Shown one piece after another: positions 9,814 to 19,961 of a DNA stretch of 64,000 bases. A program made the translations under genes and the position numbers. Origin of the DNA: a virus (lineage: Duplodnaviria; Heunggongvirae; Uroviricota; Caudoviricetes); the IMG/VR virus record IMGVR_UViG_3300045051_000014; one strand, 5' to 3'. Within the stretch, counting starts at the first letter, position 1, and every line of letters begins with the position of its first letter. The notes under the pieces were generated by a model. It had not been told where the DNA came from, did not search any database, and saw nothing but the letters and a program-made list of their open reading frames with translations.

Positions 9814-11808
9814 ATGGAAAAGTACAAATCAGTTTACCCAACTTTGCGACAGGCAAAAACTAAGTGGTCTAAGCCCTCTATTGTCGCCAAGCAGGGTGAA
9901 GGTCCGTCCCATGATTGGTACGAAATGATGAAGAAGGACGCTCGCGCCAAGCTAGCAGCATCCATTCATCAGGCGCATACTGGATCCATTCACAAGCAGG
10001 AACGTATTGTTCATGAGGGTAAGGTTCCTGTGTATGGTTTTTTGACGCAACTACAGAACATCCGCATGAAGGAAACCGGAGTGAAGAAGAGGAAGAACCG
10101 TATGACCAAAGACCCACGACCAACTGATTTCTCTCGTCCTGACCTTAAGGAAGAAGATAGAATCGGCAAGCAGACTCCTTCGGCTGAATCCATTGCGAAG
10201 AAGCACAACAAGGACATTGCCGAGATTCAGGCACAGATCGACAAGGGTATTAAGGTCGAGCGCGAACACACCAACTCAGACGCAGAGGCGCATGAGATTG
10301 CTCGCGACCATCTGGACGAGTTCCCTGACTACTATGATCGACTAGACAAGATGGAAAAGAAGGCAAAGAAAGATATGAAGGAAGGCTACGATCCCGAGAA
10401 GGAACAGATCAAGAATCGTATCGAAGCGCACAAGAGCGTGGCAGAGAAGATGGCAAAGGAACACGGCGAACAGTCAATGGAAGCCGCATTTCACCGTGCA
10501 CTAGTAAGGCGCTATCAGAAAGAGTTGGGTGAAGACAGCACACCGGTCAACGAAGCGACCATGGTGGGTAGTGGTCCTGACGCACAGAGACACGCAGACA
10601 AGTACATCACTCCATACGTGGGACAGAAAGAAACCCACACCTTGAAGAAAGATAATCAGCACATCCCTGCCAAGACCAAGGTTACGGTCCACGGTCACAA
10701 GGTTGTGGACGGTAAGTACCATGCTGTTGTTTCAGGTGGTGGTTCTTCCAAGAAGATCAACGTTCCATTCACACACGTTAACAAGCCGGTCGTCGCCAAG
10801 AACAAGGGTCTGGACTACGAAAGCAAGTTCGTAAAGACTCTGAACAAGCACGGTCTTATGTCTGGTAAGGGCGCAGGCTCAACATCTGGAAATGACTTCC
10901 ACCTAATCGACAAGAAGACGGGTAAGGTCCACCATGGTAAGGTTGCAGAACATGCCTATCAGGGTGAGTCTAAGAAAGATCTGTCTGCCGCATATGGTCA
11001 GGCATCCCTGTCACACCACCCGAAGAAGGGTTGGCACTTTAGCGACAAGGCGAAGGAAAGATTCCCACACTACACTGCTGCTATTGAAAAGGCAACGGTG
11101 ACGGTCGGAAAGACAAAGAAGCCACTGCTTAAGCATGTCAATGAGCAATTCGGTGCGCCACATCCTGTGAAGAAGTCCTCCCATAACGTGTACTCGGATC
11201 CAACCGATTTGCATCCCGCACACGCATACATGAAGGATCACCATGTTGACGTTCTTCATGTTGGAAGTCATGGCACATATCGCGCAGGACTTTCACACCA
11301 CAAGGACCGCACTCCACTAGGTCTTCCTAAGACTGAGGGTGAGGGTCGCTATCGTGTGCGCCAGAAGCATAGAAACTCTCTGACTGTTCAGTTCAACATT
11401 AAGAAGCTAGAGAAGTCTAGTGTTCATTTGGACAATCCAGAACACCTGAACGCCATCAAGAAGAAGCTAGGTCACTCTACTCTCAAGGAAGAGGTTGCCA
11501 ACTCTGTTGGTGGCGGCATGTCGCCAGTCATCGGTGGTGAGAGCAACATTCACGGCTTCGATCCTATCATGGGTAAGTCTTCTCGCCGCAAGACATTTGC
11601 AGGCAAGCAGGTATTCGTGGTTGATCCTACTACCTATCACAAAGCCTATCTCGGCAAGCGCAAGTACGAACACTACGAGAAGTATCTTGAGGGTTCGCCA
11701 TACTTCGAAGAGATTCGTGAGTATGGTCGCAAGAATTGGGATGAACCTATCATCCTACAGAACGAACAAACAGGCGCAATGGTGTACCTAAAATATGGAA
11801 GCAAATAA
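9814..11808 (+). CDS. large hypothetical Lys/His-rich protein
   Basis: 664 aa uninterrupted ORF, same compositional family as 3357-8899 block. Confidence 0.65.
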   Translation: MEKYKSVYPTLRQAKTKWSKPSIVAKQGEGPSHDWYEMMKKDARAKLAASIHQAHTGSIHKQERIVHEGKVPVYGFLTQLQNIRMKETGVKKRKNRMTKDPRPTDFSRPDLKEEDRIGKQTPSAESIAKKHNKDIAEIQAQIDKGIKVEREHTNSDAEAHEIARDHLDEFPDYYDRLDKMEKKAKKDMKEGYDPEKEQIKNRIEAHKSVAEKMAKEHGEQSMEAAFHRALVRRYQKELGEDSTPVNEATMVGSGPDAQRHADKYITPYVGQKETHTLKKDNQHIPAKTKVTVHGHKVVDGKYHAVVSGGGSSKKINVPFTHVNKPVVAKNKGLDYESKFVKTLNKHGLMSGKGAGSTSGNDFHLIDKKTGKVHHGKVAEHAYQGESKKDLSAAYGQASLSHHPKKGWHFSDKAKERFPHYTAAIEKATVTVGKTKKPLLKHVNEQFGAPHPVKKSSHNVYSDPTDLHPAHAYMKDHHVDVLHVGSHGTYRAGLSHHKDRTPLGLPKTEGEGRYRVRQKHRNSLTVQFNIKKLEKSSVHLDNPEHLNAIKKKLGHSTLKEEVANSVGGGMSPVIGGESNIHGFDPIMGKSSRRKTFAGKQVFVVDPTTYHKAYLGKRKYEHYEKYLEGSPYFEEIREYGRKNWDEPIILQNEQTGAMVYLKYGSK

Positions 11809-11811
11809 ATC

Positions 11812-12033
11812 ATGCAGTCAGCAGTACAAAAGAATCTATTCAAGTATCTCCCCAAGAATCTGCCCAAATCGGAAGAAAACCTAATAAAATCAATGGGTTT
11901 CGGTGAAAAGAATCTCCCCAAAAATCTATTCACGCAGGATCCAATCACGGCAGAAATCATCGAACTGCGCTCGCAACTCGCGGACGTAATGGATGAAATT
12001 AGAGATATGTCATGGGGTGAGGGTAAACTCTAA
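11812..12033 (+). CDS. hypothetical small protein
   Basis: 73 aa ORF, ATGA overlap with next gene. Confidence 0.4.
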   Translation: MQSAVQKNLFKYLPKNLPKSEENLIKSMGFGEKNLPKNLFTQDPITAEIIELRSQLADVMDEIRDMSWGEGKL

Positions 12034-12665
12034 TGTTCACTAAGCCAATGCTCTTTGCCATGTTTCCTAATTCAGCTAAGTCGAAGCTAGACCTCGACAT
12101 GTTGGTGATGGTACTTGACGATGCATTCACCAACGGACCTCTCAGGACGCTCAATCGCCGCGCATCATTCCTTGCGCAGCTTGCGCATGAATCTGGTCAG
12201 TTCACGGTAATCTCCGAGAACCTGAACTACTCGGCTACAGGACTACAGAAGGTATTCAAGAAATACTTTCCGACACCAGAACTCGCGAATGCCTATGCAA
12301 AGCAGCCGCAGAGAATTGCCAACCGTGTCTATGCAAATCGCATGGAGAACGGACCAGAAGAATCGGGTGACGGATGGAAGTACCGTGGGCGTGGGTTTAT
12401 TCAACTCACCGGCAAGCGAAACTATCGCCTTTGTGGGGCGGCGCTCGGTATTAACCTATTGGAAGACCCCGATTACGTATCGCGTTCGCCTATTGGAGCG
12501 ATAGAAACCGCCCTATGGTTCTGGACGGTCAATAACCTAAATACCTTCGCTGACCGTGATGATATCAAGGGTCAGACATTCAAGATCAATGGCGGAAGCA
12601 ACGGATTAGCAGAACGACTCAAATACTATGAAAATGCGAAGAGGGTCTTATCAGGTGGACAGTGA
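12033..12665 (+). CDS. endolysin, glycoside hydrolase family 19 (chitinase-like lysozyme)
   Basis: ASFLAQLAHESGQF catalytic motif of GH19 phage lysins; followed by holin/spanin genes. Confidence 0.8.
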   Translation: MFTKPMLFAMFPNSAKSKLDLDMLVMVLDDAFTNGPLRTLNRRASFLAQLAHESGQFTVISENLNYSATGLQKVFKKYFPTPELANAYAKQPQRIANRVYANRMENGPEESGDGWKYRGRGFIQLTGKRNYRLCGAALGINLLEDPDYVSRSPIGAIETALWFWTVNNLNTFADRDDIKGQTFKINGGSNGLAERLKYYENAKRVLSGGQ

Positions 12666-13078
12666 CCGAATCATCGAAGAAAAGAAAATCAGTAACGCGG
12701 TATCGCGAAGACTGGCTGGATCGCAAGTGGCGACCGGCAATGGGATGGATGTATCTGGTGGTATGTGTCACCGACTTCATCGTGTTTCCCATTCTTCATG
12801 CATGGTTTCAGTCTCAATACGGAACAGCAACGCTCGCATGGGATCCACTCACTCTTAAGGGCGGTGGATTGTTTCATGTAGCGATGGGTGCGGTTCTCGG
12901 TGTGGCAGCATGGTCGCGTGGTCAGGAGAAGATTACGAAATACCAGACCGGTTATTACAACCGTAGTGGAGTAGATGATGGGTATGGCAATGAATACATG
13001 GGCGAAGAAATTAGTGGGCATGACGAAGTGCCTGTGGAAAGTACGCAACCGAAGGAATTCTACAGATTCCGTGGATGA
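12662..13078 (+). CDS. holin candidate (2 TM segments)
   Basis: hydrophobic helices WMYLVVCVTDFIVFPILHAWF and LFHVAMGAVLGVAAW; position between endolysin and spanins. Confidence 0.5.
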   Translation: MTESSKKRKSVTRYREDWLDRKWRPAMGWMYLVVCVTDFIVFPILHAWFQSQYGTATLAWDPLTLKGGGLFHVAMGAVLGVAAWSRGQEKITKYQTGYYNRSGVDDGYGNEYMGEEISGHDEVPVESTQPKEFYRFRG

Positions 13079-13109
13079 TAGTCCACCGTCAGCATTAAAG
13101 GAACTCAAC

Positions 13110-13688
13110 ATGAAATTCTTCAATCCAGTAAGTCTAATTCCACCACAGTACAAGCTCGCGGCGTATATCGTCGCGGCAGTATTGGCAGTCAGCATTCTCT
13201 TTGGTGGTGGATTCAAGGTGGGACATACGTTCGCCACGAATCACTACACCGCAATCATTTCTGACATGGAAGCCGATGCCGCAAAGTTGCGTGCAGAAAA
13301 GGCAGAACTACAGGTTAAATTGACCGCCGAAATCGCAAATGTGAAAGAACGCATAATCACTAAATACGTGGACCGTGTGAAAGTCATCAAGCAGAAGGAG
13401 TATATCTACCGTGAACAAGCAACAAATAATGTCCCTGATCGCACTGAGCTTTCTAATGGTTGGGTGTACTTGCACGACTCCGCTGCCGGAAATACAGATG
13501 CCGACAGCACCAGAAGTGCTGATGCAACCGGCAGCGGAATTGAAGCCAATCAAGCCCTCGCAACCGTTACAGACAACTACGCCATTTGCCACGCAAACGC
13601 CGAGCAACTAACCGCGCTTCAAGAGTATGTCCGTGAAGTGCAACGAGTGGTTGCCCAAGCGAATGAAGCCCTAAGAAACAAGAAGTAA
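13110..13688 (+). CDS. i-spanin (Rz-like): N-terminal TM + coiled coil
   Basis: MKFFNPVSLIPPQYKLAAYIVAAVLAVSILFGG TM then coiled-coil; contains embedded +1 frame lipoprotein ORF. Confidence 0.6.
   Translation: MKFFNPVSLIPPQYKLAAYIVAAVLAVSILFGGGFKVGHTFATNHYTAIISDMEADAAKLRAEKAELQVKLTAEIANVKERIITKYVDRVKVIKQKEYIYREQATNNVPDRTELSNGWVYLHDSAAGNTDADSTRSADATGSGIEANQALATVTDNYAICHANAEQLTALQEYVREVQRVVAQANEALRNKK
13411..13611 (+). CDS. o-spanin (Rz1-like) lipoprotein embedded in i-spanin gene
   Basis: signal peptide with lipobox LMVGC, Pro-rich mature part; fully nested in a different frame. Confidence 0.6.
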   Translation: MNKQQIMSLIALSFLMVGCTCTTPLPEIQMPTAPEVLMQPAAELKPIKPSQPLQTTTPFATQTPSN

Positions 13689-13692
13689 AATC

Positions 13693-14076
13693 ATGGCAGA
13701 TGTAGATCAGAGAGTAGCAAACAACGAAGCCGCAATTAACAGACTTGATGTGGAATTGTCGGCATTGAAGGAAAAGGTTTCCTTCTTCAACGTCATCTAT
13801 GGTAAGTTCGATGTTACCCTAGGGAAGATACAGGAAATGATCGAAAATCGTAGATACGAAAACAACGAAGAAATCAAGGATGTGTACACACGCCTTGAAG
13901 CTTCGGAGCAACGCATTCTCACGGAAATGAAAGGAATCCGCGAAGAAATGAAGCGGCAGCACGACGAGTATCAGGCTAAGATTTCTGAGATTGACAAGTG
14001 GCGTTGGATCGTGGTCGGCGCAGCAGGCGTGGTCGGTTGGATTCTCAATAAGTTCTTCGGTTTGGGTGCCGGATAA
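13693..14076 (+). CDS. hypothetical coiled-coil protein with C-terminal TM segment
   Basis: 127 aa, C-terminal WRWIVVGAAGVVGWILNKFFGLGAG. Confidence 0.5.
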   Translation: MADVDQRVANNEAAINRLDVELSALKEKVSFFNVIYGKFDVTLGKIQEMIENRRYENNEEIKDVYTRLEASEQRILTEMKGIREEMKRQHDEYQAKISEIDKWRWIVVGAAGVVGWILNKFFGLGAG

Positions 14077-14116
14077 AGACTTGTAAATTAGCTCGCAGTG
14101 TGGTATCATACCATGC

Positions 14117-15151
14117 ATGAGCATCTATATTGATCGTAAGTACATCGGACTAATTCAATACCGATTAGAGGGTTTCGTTCAAAAGAAACCAGACCTCTAC
14201 AATTGCCGCTGCCCGTTCTGCCTCGACTCTAATAAGAGTAAGTCAAAGAAGCGCGGATACATCTACAAACTCCATGGCATCGAATCGTATGCTTACCGTT
14301 GTCATAATTGCGGTAAGTCTATCTCCATTGGACATTTGATCGAAGCCATTGACTCTAATGCATATAAGCAGTACGTCTTGGAGAAGTATACGTCAGGTGC
14401 TAATAAGCATTCACCCGTCGAGAAGCCGGAATTCGGCAGTCTGAAAGGAAATGCCGCAGAGTATTTCCGCAACCATCCAAAAAACCTAGGCATATCAAGT
14501 ATTTGCAGACTCCCTTCGGAGCATCCTGCAAGAACCTATATACTGAACCGACGCATTCCGGAGAAGTTCTGGAATGAAATCTACTACACCGACAAGTTCT
14601 ACGACTTCCTGAATGCCGACTTTCCTGATCATGGAAAGGAAGAGAAAGAAGTTCCCAACGATGCACGAATCGTGTTACTATACACGGATCGCGGTGGGTA
14701 TGTGACTCATGTGGCAGGACGCGCCATCGACCCTAATAATGGACTACGCTATGTTAGCATCAAAGTTTCGGACGTTGACAGAAAGATTTTCGGAGCGCAT
14801 CGACTTGATCTTAAACAACCCGCCTACGTGGTTGAAGGTCAGTTTGATAGCCTCTTTGTTGATAACTGTGTGGCAAGCGGTGACTCTAACCTTCTTGCTG
14901 TTGTGGATCACTTTGGGTCCGGTGATTGGACAGTAATATACGATAACGAGCCACGCAACAAGCAGATTGTGAAGGCTTTGGAATTGGCGATAGATAAGGG
15001 ATACAAGGTTGTAATCTTCCCGACCGATTTGGAACAGAAGGATATCAACGATATGGTTCTCGCAGGACATGACGCAATGGAATTGATTCGCGAGAACACT
15101 TACAAGGGTGCATTGGCAATGTTACGTTTTCAAAGGTGGAAAAGAGTATGA
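14117..15151 (+). CDS. DNA primase (zinc-finger + Toprim domain)
   Basis: CRCPFC...CHNCGK zinc ribbon; Toprim-like YVVEGQFDSLFVDN ... DNEPRNKQ acidic motifs. Confidence 0.6.
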   Translation: MSIYIDRKYIGLIQYRLEGFVQKKPDLYNCRCPFCLDSNKSKSKKRGYIYKLHGIESYAYRCHNCGKSISIGHLIEAIDSNAYKQYVLEKYTSGANKHSPVEKPEFGSLKGNAAEYFRNHPKNLGISSICRLPSEHPARTYILNRRIPEKFWNEIYYTDKFYDFLNADFPDHGKEEKEVPNDARIVLLYTDRGGYVTHVAGRAIDPNNGLRYVSIKVSDVDRKIFGAHRLDLKQPAYVVEGQFDSLFVDNCVASGDSNLLAVVDHFGSGDWTVIYDNEPRNKQIVKALELAIDKGYKVVIFPTDLEQKDINDMVLAGHDAMELIRENTYKGALAMLRFQRWKRV

Positions 15152-15822
15152 ATAAGATTGACGTTCTGAATGGCGGCTTTGTTCGCCTTGTGGATTCGAT
15201 GGGCAGCGACCTCTCTATTGTGCGCTCCGCTCGCGTATCCTACGATGCCGACTGGCGCGAAGGTGACGAACAGAAGGATGCGAAGCTTATCGCATACCTG
15301 ATGAAGAACCGACACACTTCGCCATTCGAATCGGTGACATTCACATTCGAAGTCAAGGCTCCTATCTTTGTGTTCCGTCAGTGGCACCGTCACCGCACAT
15401 GGGCATACAACGAAATCTCCGCACGCTACACCGAACTGGATGAAGGCTACTACGTTCCCGCAGTAGAGCAGATTACCACTCAGTCCAGTTCCAACAAACA
15501 GATGCGTACCAACGAACAGCATCCTCAAGCCGGATGGATGCGCCGCGAGATTGACGAACAGAATGAAGCGGCATTCACAACCTATCGAACACTCATTGCG
15601 AAGGGTTGCCCTCGCGAACTCGCACGCTCCGTACTTCCTGTCGGCGCGTACTCGCGTATGTTCGCATCCGTGAATCTTCACAACCTGTTCCACTTCCTGC
15701 GGCTACGGCTGCATGAGCATTCACAGTATGAAATCCGCGTCTATGCGGAAGCCATGCTACAGTTGATTGAGCCTATAGTTCCTGTAGCCGTAAAAGAATT
15801 CAAGAACACACTACAAGGATAA
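15136..15822 (+). CDS. thyX: FAD-dependent thymidylate synthase
   Basis: ThyX signature RQWHRHRTWAYNEISARY (RHRx7SxR). Confidence 0.9.
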   Translation: MEKSMNKIDVLNGGFVRLVDSMGSDLSIVRSARVSYDADWREGDEQKDAKLIAYLMKNRHTSPFESVTFTFEVKAPIFVFRQWHRHRTWAYNEISARYTELDEGYYVPAVEQITTQSSSNKQMRTNEQHPQAGWMRREIDEQNEAAFTTYRTLIAKGCPRELARSVLPVGAYSRMFASVNLHNLFHFLRLRLHEHSQYEIRVYAEAMLQLIEPIVPVAVKEFKNTLQG

Positions 15823-15825
15823 GTC

Positions 15826-17718
15826 ATGACTTCACGCCTACCCTCCATTTATCAGGATTACATTCATATCTCCCGTTACGCACGATTCCGTGACGATCTA
15901 GGACGGAGAGAAACATGGGATGAAACGGTTGACAGATATATCACATATTTTCAGAAATCATGTGATAACAACAAGAAGATTCCGTGGGAAGATCTTCGAC
16001 AGGGTATTCTGAATCTGGAAGCAATGCCGTCCATGCGTGCGCTCATGACCGCAGGACCGGCACTAGAGAAGGATCAGGTCGCAGGCTACAATTGCTCGTA
16101 TGCCGTCATCGACAATCCCAAGGTCTTCGATGAAATCATGTACATTCTGATGTGCGGCACCGGAGTCGGCTATTCGGTCGAGTCTCGCTACACGAACAAG
16201 CTGCCAGAGGTTCCAGATGAAATCCACGAAACAGAAACAACCATCGTCGTCCGTGATTCAAAGATTGGGTGGGCAACCGCATATCGCGAATTTATCTCTC
16301 TGCTCTATTCCGGTAAACTTGCTAAGTGGGATGTATCTAAGGTGCGAAAGGCAGGTGAACGACTTAAGACGTTTGGTGGGCGCGCTTCTGGTCCTGAACC
16401 TCTTGTCGATCTATTCGAATTCACTAGAAAGGTCTTCCAGAAAGCTAGAGGAAGAAAGCTTACAACGCTAGAGTGTTCCGACCTAGTATGTAAGATTGCA
16501 GATATCGTGGTTGTCGGCGGTGTTCGCCGCTCCGCACTGATCTGCCTGTCCGACCTGAACGATGACTATCTGCGTAATGCGAAGTCCGGTCAGTGGTGGG
16601 TTTCTGATCCGCATCGTCAGCTTGCAAATATCTCCGCAGTGTATGAGCGCAAGCCATCCATGGAAACGTTCATTCGCGAGTGGGTTGCATTGTACAACTC
16701 CAAGTCTGGTGAGCGTGGCATCTTCTCGCGTGAAGCATCACAGGCTGTTGCTGCGAAGTATGGTCGCCGCGACGAGAACGTTGACTATGGTACGAACCCA
16801 TGCTCTGAGATTATTCTGCGTCCTGACCAATTCTGTAATCTGAGTGAAACCGTGGCGCGTGCGGGTGACAGTCTTCCTGACCTTCTGCGCAAAGTTCGCC
16901 TTGCTACGATTCTCGGAACGCTACAGGCAACGCAAACTAACTTCCGTTATCTCTCTAAGCGTTGGAAGAACAACACGGAAGAGGAAGCTCTTCTCGGTGT
17001 GTCGCTGACTGGCATCATGGATCATCCTGTTCTGAATGGCAGTGCGGGTATCGAACTTGCAACCGAGTGGCTGACCGCAATGCGCGAAGAGGCTGTCAAG
17101 GTCAACAAGGAATTCGCGAAGATTCTCGGCATCAATCAGGCAGCGGCAATCACTTGCGTCAAACCATCTGGCACCGTGTCGCAGCTAGTCGATTCGGCTT
17201 CGGGTATCCATCCGCGCTATGCTCCGTACTACATCCGTCGCGTGCGTGGTGACAAGAAAGATCCACTCGCAGAGTTCATGGTATCGCATGGTTACACTGC
17301 GGAAGAGGACTTCTACGGCACTTCGCGTTGGGTGTTTGGGTTCCCCATCAAGGCACCGGAAGGCGCAATCGTCACGGCAGACGTAACCGCAATTCAGCAG
17401 CTAGAACTGTGGAAGGTCTATCAGGAACATTGGTGCGAACACAAGCCGTCGATCACGGTCTACGTGGGTGACGATGAATGGATGGAAGTCGGCGCGTGGG
17501 TCTATAAGAACATCGACACTCTATCCGGCGTATCCTTCCTGCCTCGCGACACCGGTACCTATCGTCAGGCACCGTATGAAGAAATCACGGAAGAGAAGTA
17601 CAAGGAACTGGCTGCGGGACAAAGCCTAGATATTGATTGGACGCAGTTCCGCGAGTTGACCGATAATACAGAGAGCGCAAAGACATTGGCTTGCTCTGCC
17701 GGGGTTTGCGAAATCTAA
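15826..17718 (+). CDS. ribonucleotide reductase, class II-like (single chain, ~630 aa)
   Basis: active-site GTNPCSEIIL (NPCxE), size and architecture of monomeric B12-type RNR. Confidence 0.75.
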   Translation: MTSRLPSIYQDYIHISRYARFRDDLGRRETWDETVDRYITYFQKSCDNNKKIPWEDLRQGILNLEAMPSMRALMTAGPALEKDQVAGYNCSYAVIDNPKVFDEIMYILMCGTGVGYSVESRYTNKLPEVPDEIHETETTIVVRDSKIGWATAYREFISLLYSGKLAKWDVSKVRKAGERLKTFGGRASGPEPLVDLFEFTRKVFQKARGRKLTTLECSDLVCKIADIVVVGGVRRSALICLSDLNDDYLRNAKSGQWWVSDPHRQLANISAVYERKPSMETFIREWVALYNSKSGERGIFSREASQAVAAKYGRRDENVDYGTNPCSEIILRPDQFCNLSETVARAGDSLPDLLRKVRLATILGTLQATQTNFRYLSKRWKNNTEEEALLGVSLTGIMDHPVLNGSAGIELATEWLTAMREEAVKVNKEFAKILGINQAAAITCVKPSGTVSQLVDSASGIHPRYAPYYIRRVRGDKKDPLAEFMVSHGYTAEEDFYGTSRWVFGFPIKAPEGAIVTADVTAIQQLELWKVYQEHWCEHKPSITVYVGDDEWMEVGAWVYKNIDTLSGVSFLPRDTGTYRQAPYEEITEEKYKELAAGQSLDIDWTQFRELTDNTESAKTLACSAGVCEI

Positions 17719-17734
17719 TTGACTGAGGTTTGTT

Positions 17735-18715
17735 ATGCCAAATTTTGTGACTAAGACGCTAAGAGCGGGTGGGTCAATCCACCCGCTCGTCATTCCACAT
17801 GCCCTAGGAACGAACGGTACCGGTCTGTTCAATCCATCCGTCTACAAGGATGGTAACGACCTATGGGTGAATGTGCGTCACTGCCAGTACACCATCTATC
17901 ATTCCGAGAAAAGCAAGTTCGAACACCAGTGGGGTCCGTTGTGCTACCTCTGTCCAGAGGATGACCTGACATTGACCACAACCAACTGGATGTGCAAACT
18001 CAATTCAGACCTTTCTATCGACAAGACGTATAAGGTAGACTTCTCTCGCTTCAATCAGCCGCCGAAGTGGGAATTCGTCGGTCTGGAAGATTGCCGCCTG
18101 TTCCGTTGGGATGGTAAGTTGTATCTCTGTGGCGTTAGGCGCGACACCACAACGAACGGTCAAGGTCGCATGGAACTATCTGAGATTCAGATGGTTGGTG
18201 ACACAATGACCGAAGTATCCCGCTACCGCATTCCGACTCCCGGCAACGTGGATTCGTATTGCGAGAAGAATTGGGTTCCGGTGGTTGACATGCCATACCA
18301 CTTCATCAAGTGGAGCAATCCAACCGAAGTGGTCAAGGTAGATGTAGAGAAGAAAACAACCGAACAGGTATTCATAGGAACTCATGTGCCTATGTGGTAT
18401 GATCTTCGCGGTGGCAGTCAGGTCATTCCGTTTGGCGACTATCGAATCACCATTGCGCATGTTCTGACTAAGTTCAACAAGACCGAAGCCGGTCGCAAGA
18501 ACGCGCAGTATCGTCACTGCTTTATCGTGTGGGATAAGGAATGGAACGTGGTGAAGTATGGCGCACTCTTCGATTTCATGGGTGCTGAGATTGAGTTCTG
18601 TTGTGGACTTGTGCAACATGGTAACGACTTCCTGATCACCTTCGGGTTTCAGGACAACGCAGCATATCTACTAAGAACGCCGCGCAAAGTGATTGAGGAA
18701 TTCATCAATGGATAA
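17735..18715 (+). CDS. hypothetical protein
   Basis: 326 aa ORF, RBS GAGG upstream; no recognisable motif. Confidence 0.55.
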   Translation: MPNFVTKTLRAGGSIHPLVIPHALGTNGTGLFNPSVYKDGNDLWVNVRHCQYTIYHSEKSKFEHQWGPLCYLCPEDDLTLTTTNWMCKLNSDLSIDKTYKVDFSRFNQPPKWEFVGLEDCRLFRWDGKLYLCGVRRDTTTNGQGRMELSEIQMVGDTMTEVSRYRIPTPGNVDSYCEKNWVPVVDMPYHFIKWSNPTEVVKVDVEKKTTEQVFIGTHVPMWYDLRGGSQVIPFGDYRITIAHVLTKFNKTEAGRKNAQYRHCFIVWDKEWNVVKYGALFDFMGAEIEFCCGLVQHGNDFLITFGFQDNAAYLLRTPRKVIEEFING

Positions 18716-19961
18716 GCTACAACTTGCTATCACAAAGTTCGCGACGGATCCTGAGAACGCAGAACTGAACTTCGAACTCGCTTTGCTATACGAAGAGATT
18801 CAGCAGACCGCTGCCGCTATCTCTTATTTCTCCCGCGCATCAGAACGCACACCCGATACGAACCTCGCCTACGAGTGTCTGTGTAAGGTTGGTCTGTGTT
18901 TTGAACGGCAGGGTCGCCGTGGCAATACCGTGCGCGGATTCTACAAGCACGCAATCTGCCTGATGCCGAAGCGCCCCGAAGCGTACTTCCTGCTATCGCG
19001 TTTCTACGAGCGAACCACCGACTACGTGAGTGCGTATCTCTATGCGCAGCAGGGATTAGAACTGGCAGACTTCAATCAGAAGCCTCTGCGCACTTCGGTC
19101 GAATATCCCGGCAAGTATGGTCTGCTCTTCGAAAAGGCAGTGAGCGCATGGTGGTGGGGTAAGTCGCAAGAGGCACGCGACCTGTTCCAAGAACTCAAGG
19201 GTTACGCTTCTGTCATGGATCAAACTCATTGGCAGGCAGTGCAGCGCAATCTCACTAGCTTGGGTGCCGGTCCCGTCGAACATGCGATTCGCCCATACAA
19301 CAAGTATGAGTATGCGCGTCTGCGTTACAAGTTCCCCGGCTCAGAAACGATTGAGCGAAACTACTCTCAGGTCTATCAGGACATGTTTGTTCTGGCAATG
19401 ACAGACGGCAAGCGCGATGGAACGTATGTCGAAGTCGGATCCGGCGATGCCACTCTCGGCAGCAACTCCAAGCTGCTAGAGGAATGGGGTTGGCGCGGCA
19501 TCGGCTTGGAGTGGAATCAGGAGTTGGTCAATACGCATTTGAAGTACCGCCGAAACACTGTGCTGAGACAAGACGCATTGCAGACGGACTACTCACTAAT
19601 CTGCGGTAAGCTTTGCGACGAGAAGGGAGTCATCGACTATCTACAGTTAGATTGCGAACCTTCCGAAGCTACGTACAAGATTCTCACGATGATTCCATTC
19701 GACACATACAAGTTCCGTGTCGTCACGTTCGAACATGATCACTATGTCGATATGACAGGTCAGTATCGTGAACTATCTCGCAACTATCTCAGATCGAAGG
19801 GTTACGTCATGGTGGTCAACGATGTATCACCCGACGAGAAGGCAACATTCGAAGACTGGTGGGTTAATCCGCAACTGGTTAAGCCGGAAACTCTTCTACG
19901 CATGAGACAAGTGACCGACAGCGTAACCAACATTAACAGGTACATGTTCCCAAATGACTAA
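18708..19961 (+). CDS. TPR-repeat protein with C-terminal methyltransferase-like domain
   Basis: N-terminal TPR-like helices; YVEVGSGDATLGSN glycine-rich SAM-binding-like motif. Confidence 0.5.
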   Translation: MDKLQLAITKFATDPENAELNFELALLYEEIQQTAAAISYFSRASERTPDTNLAYECLCKVGLCFERQGRRGNTVRGFYKHAICLMPKRPEAYFLLSRFYERTTDYVSAYLYAQQGLELADFNQKPLRTSVEYPGKYGLLFEKAVSAWWWGKSQEARDLFQELKGYASVMDQTHWQAVQRNLTSLGAGPVEHAIRPYNKYEYARLRYKFPGSETIERNYSQVYQDMFVLAMTDGKRDGTYVEVGSGDATLGSNSKLLEEWGWRGIGLEWNQELVNTHLKYRRNTVLRQDALQTDYSLICGKLCDEKGVIDYLQLDCEPSEATYKILTMIPFDTYKFRVVTFEHDHYVDMTGQYRELSRNYLRSKGYVMVVNDVSPDEKATFEDWWVNPQLVKPETLLRMRQVTDSVTNINRYMFPND

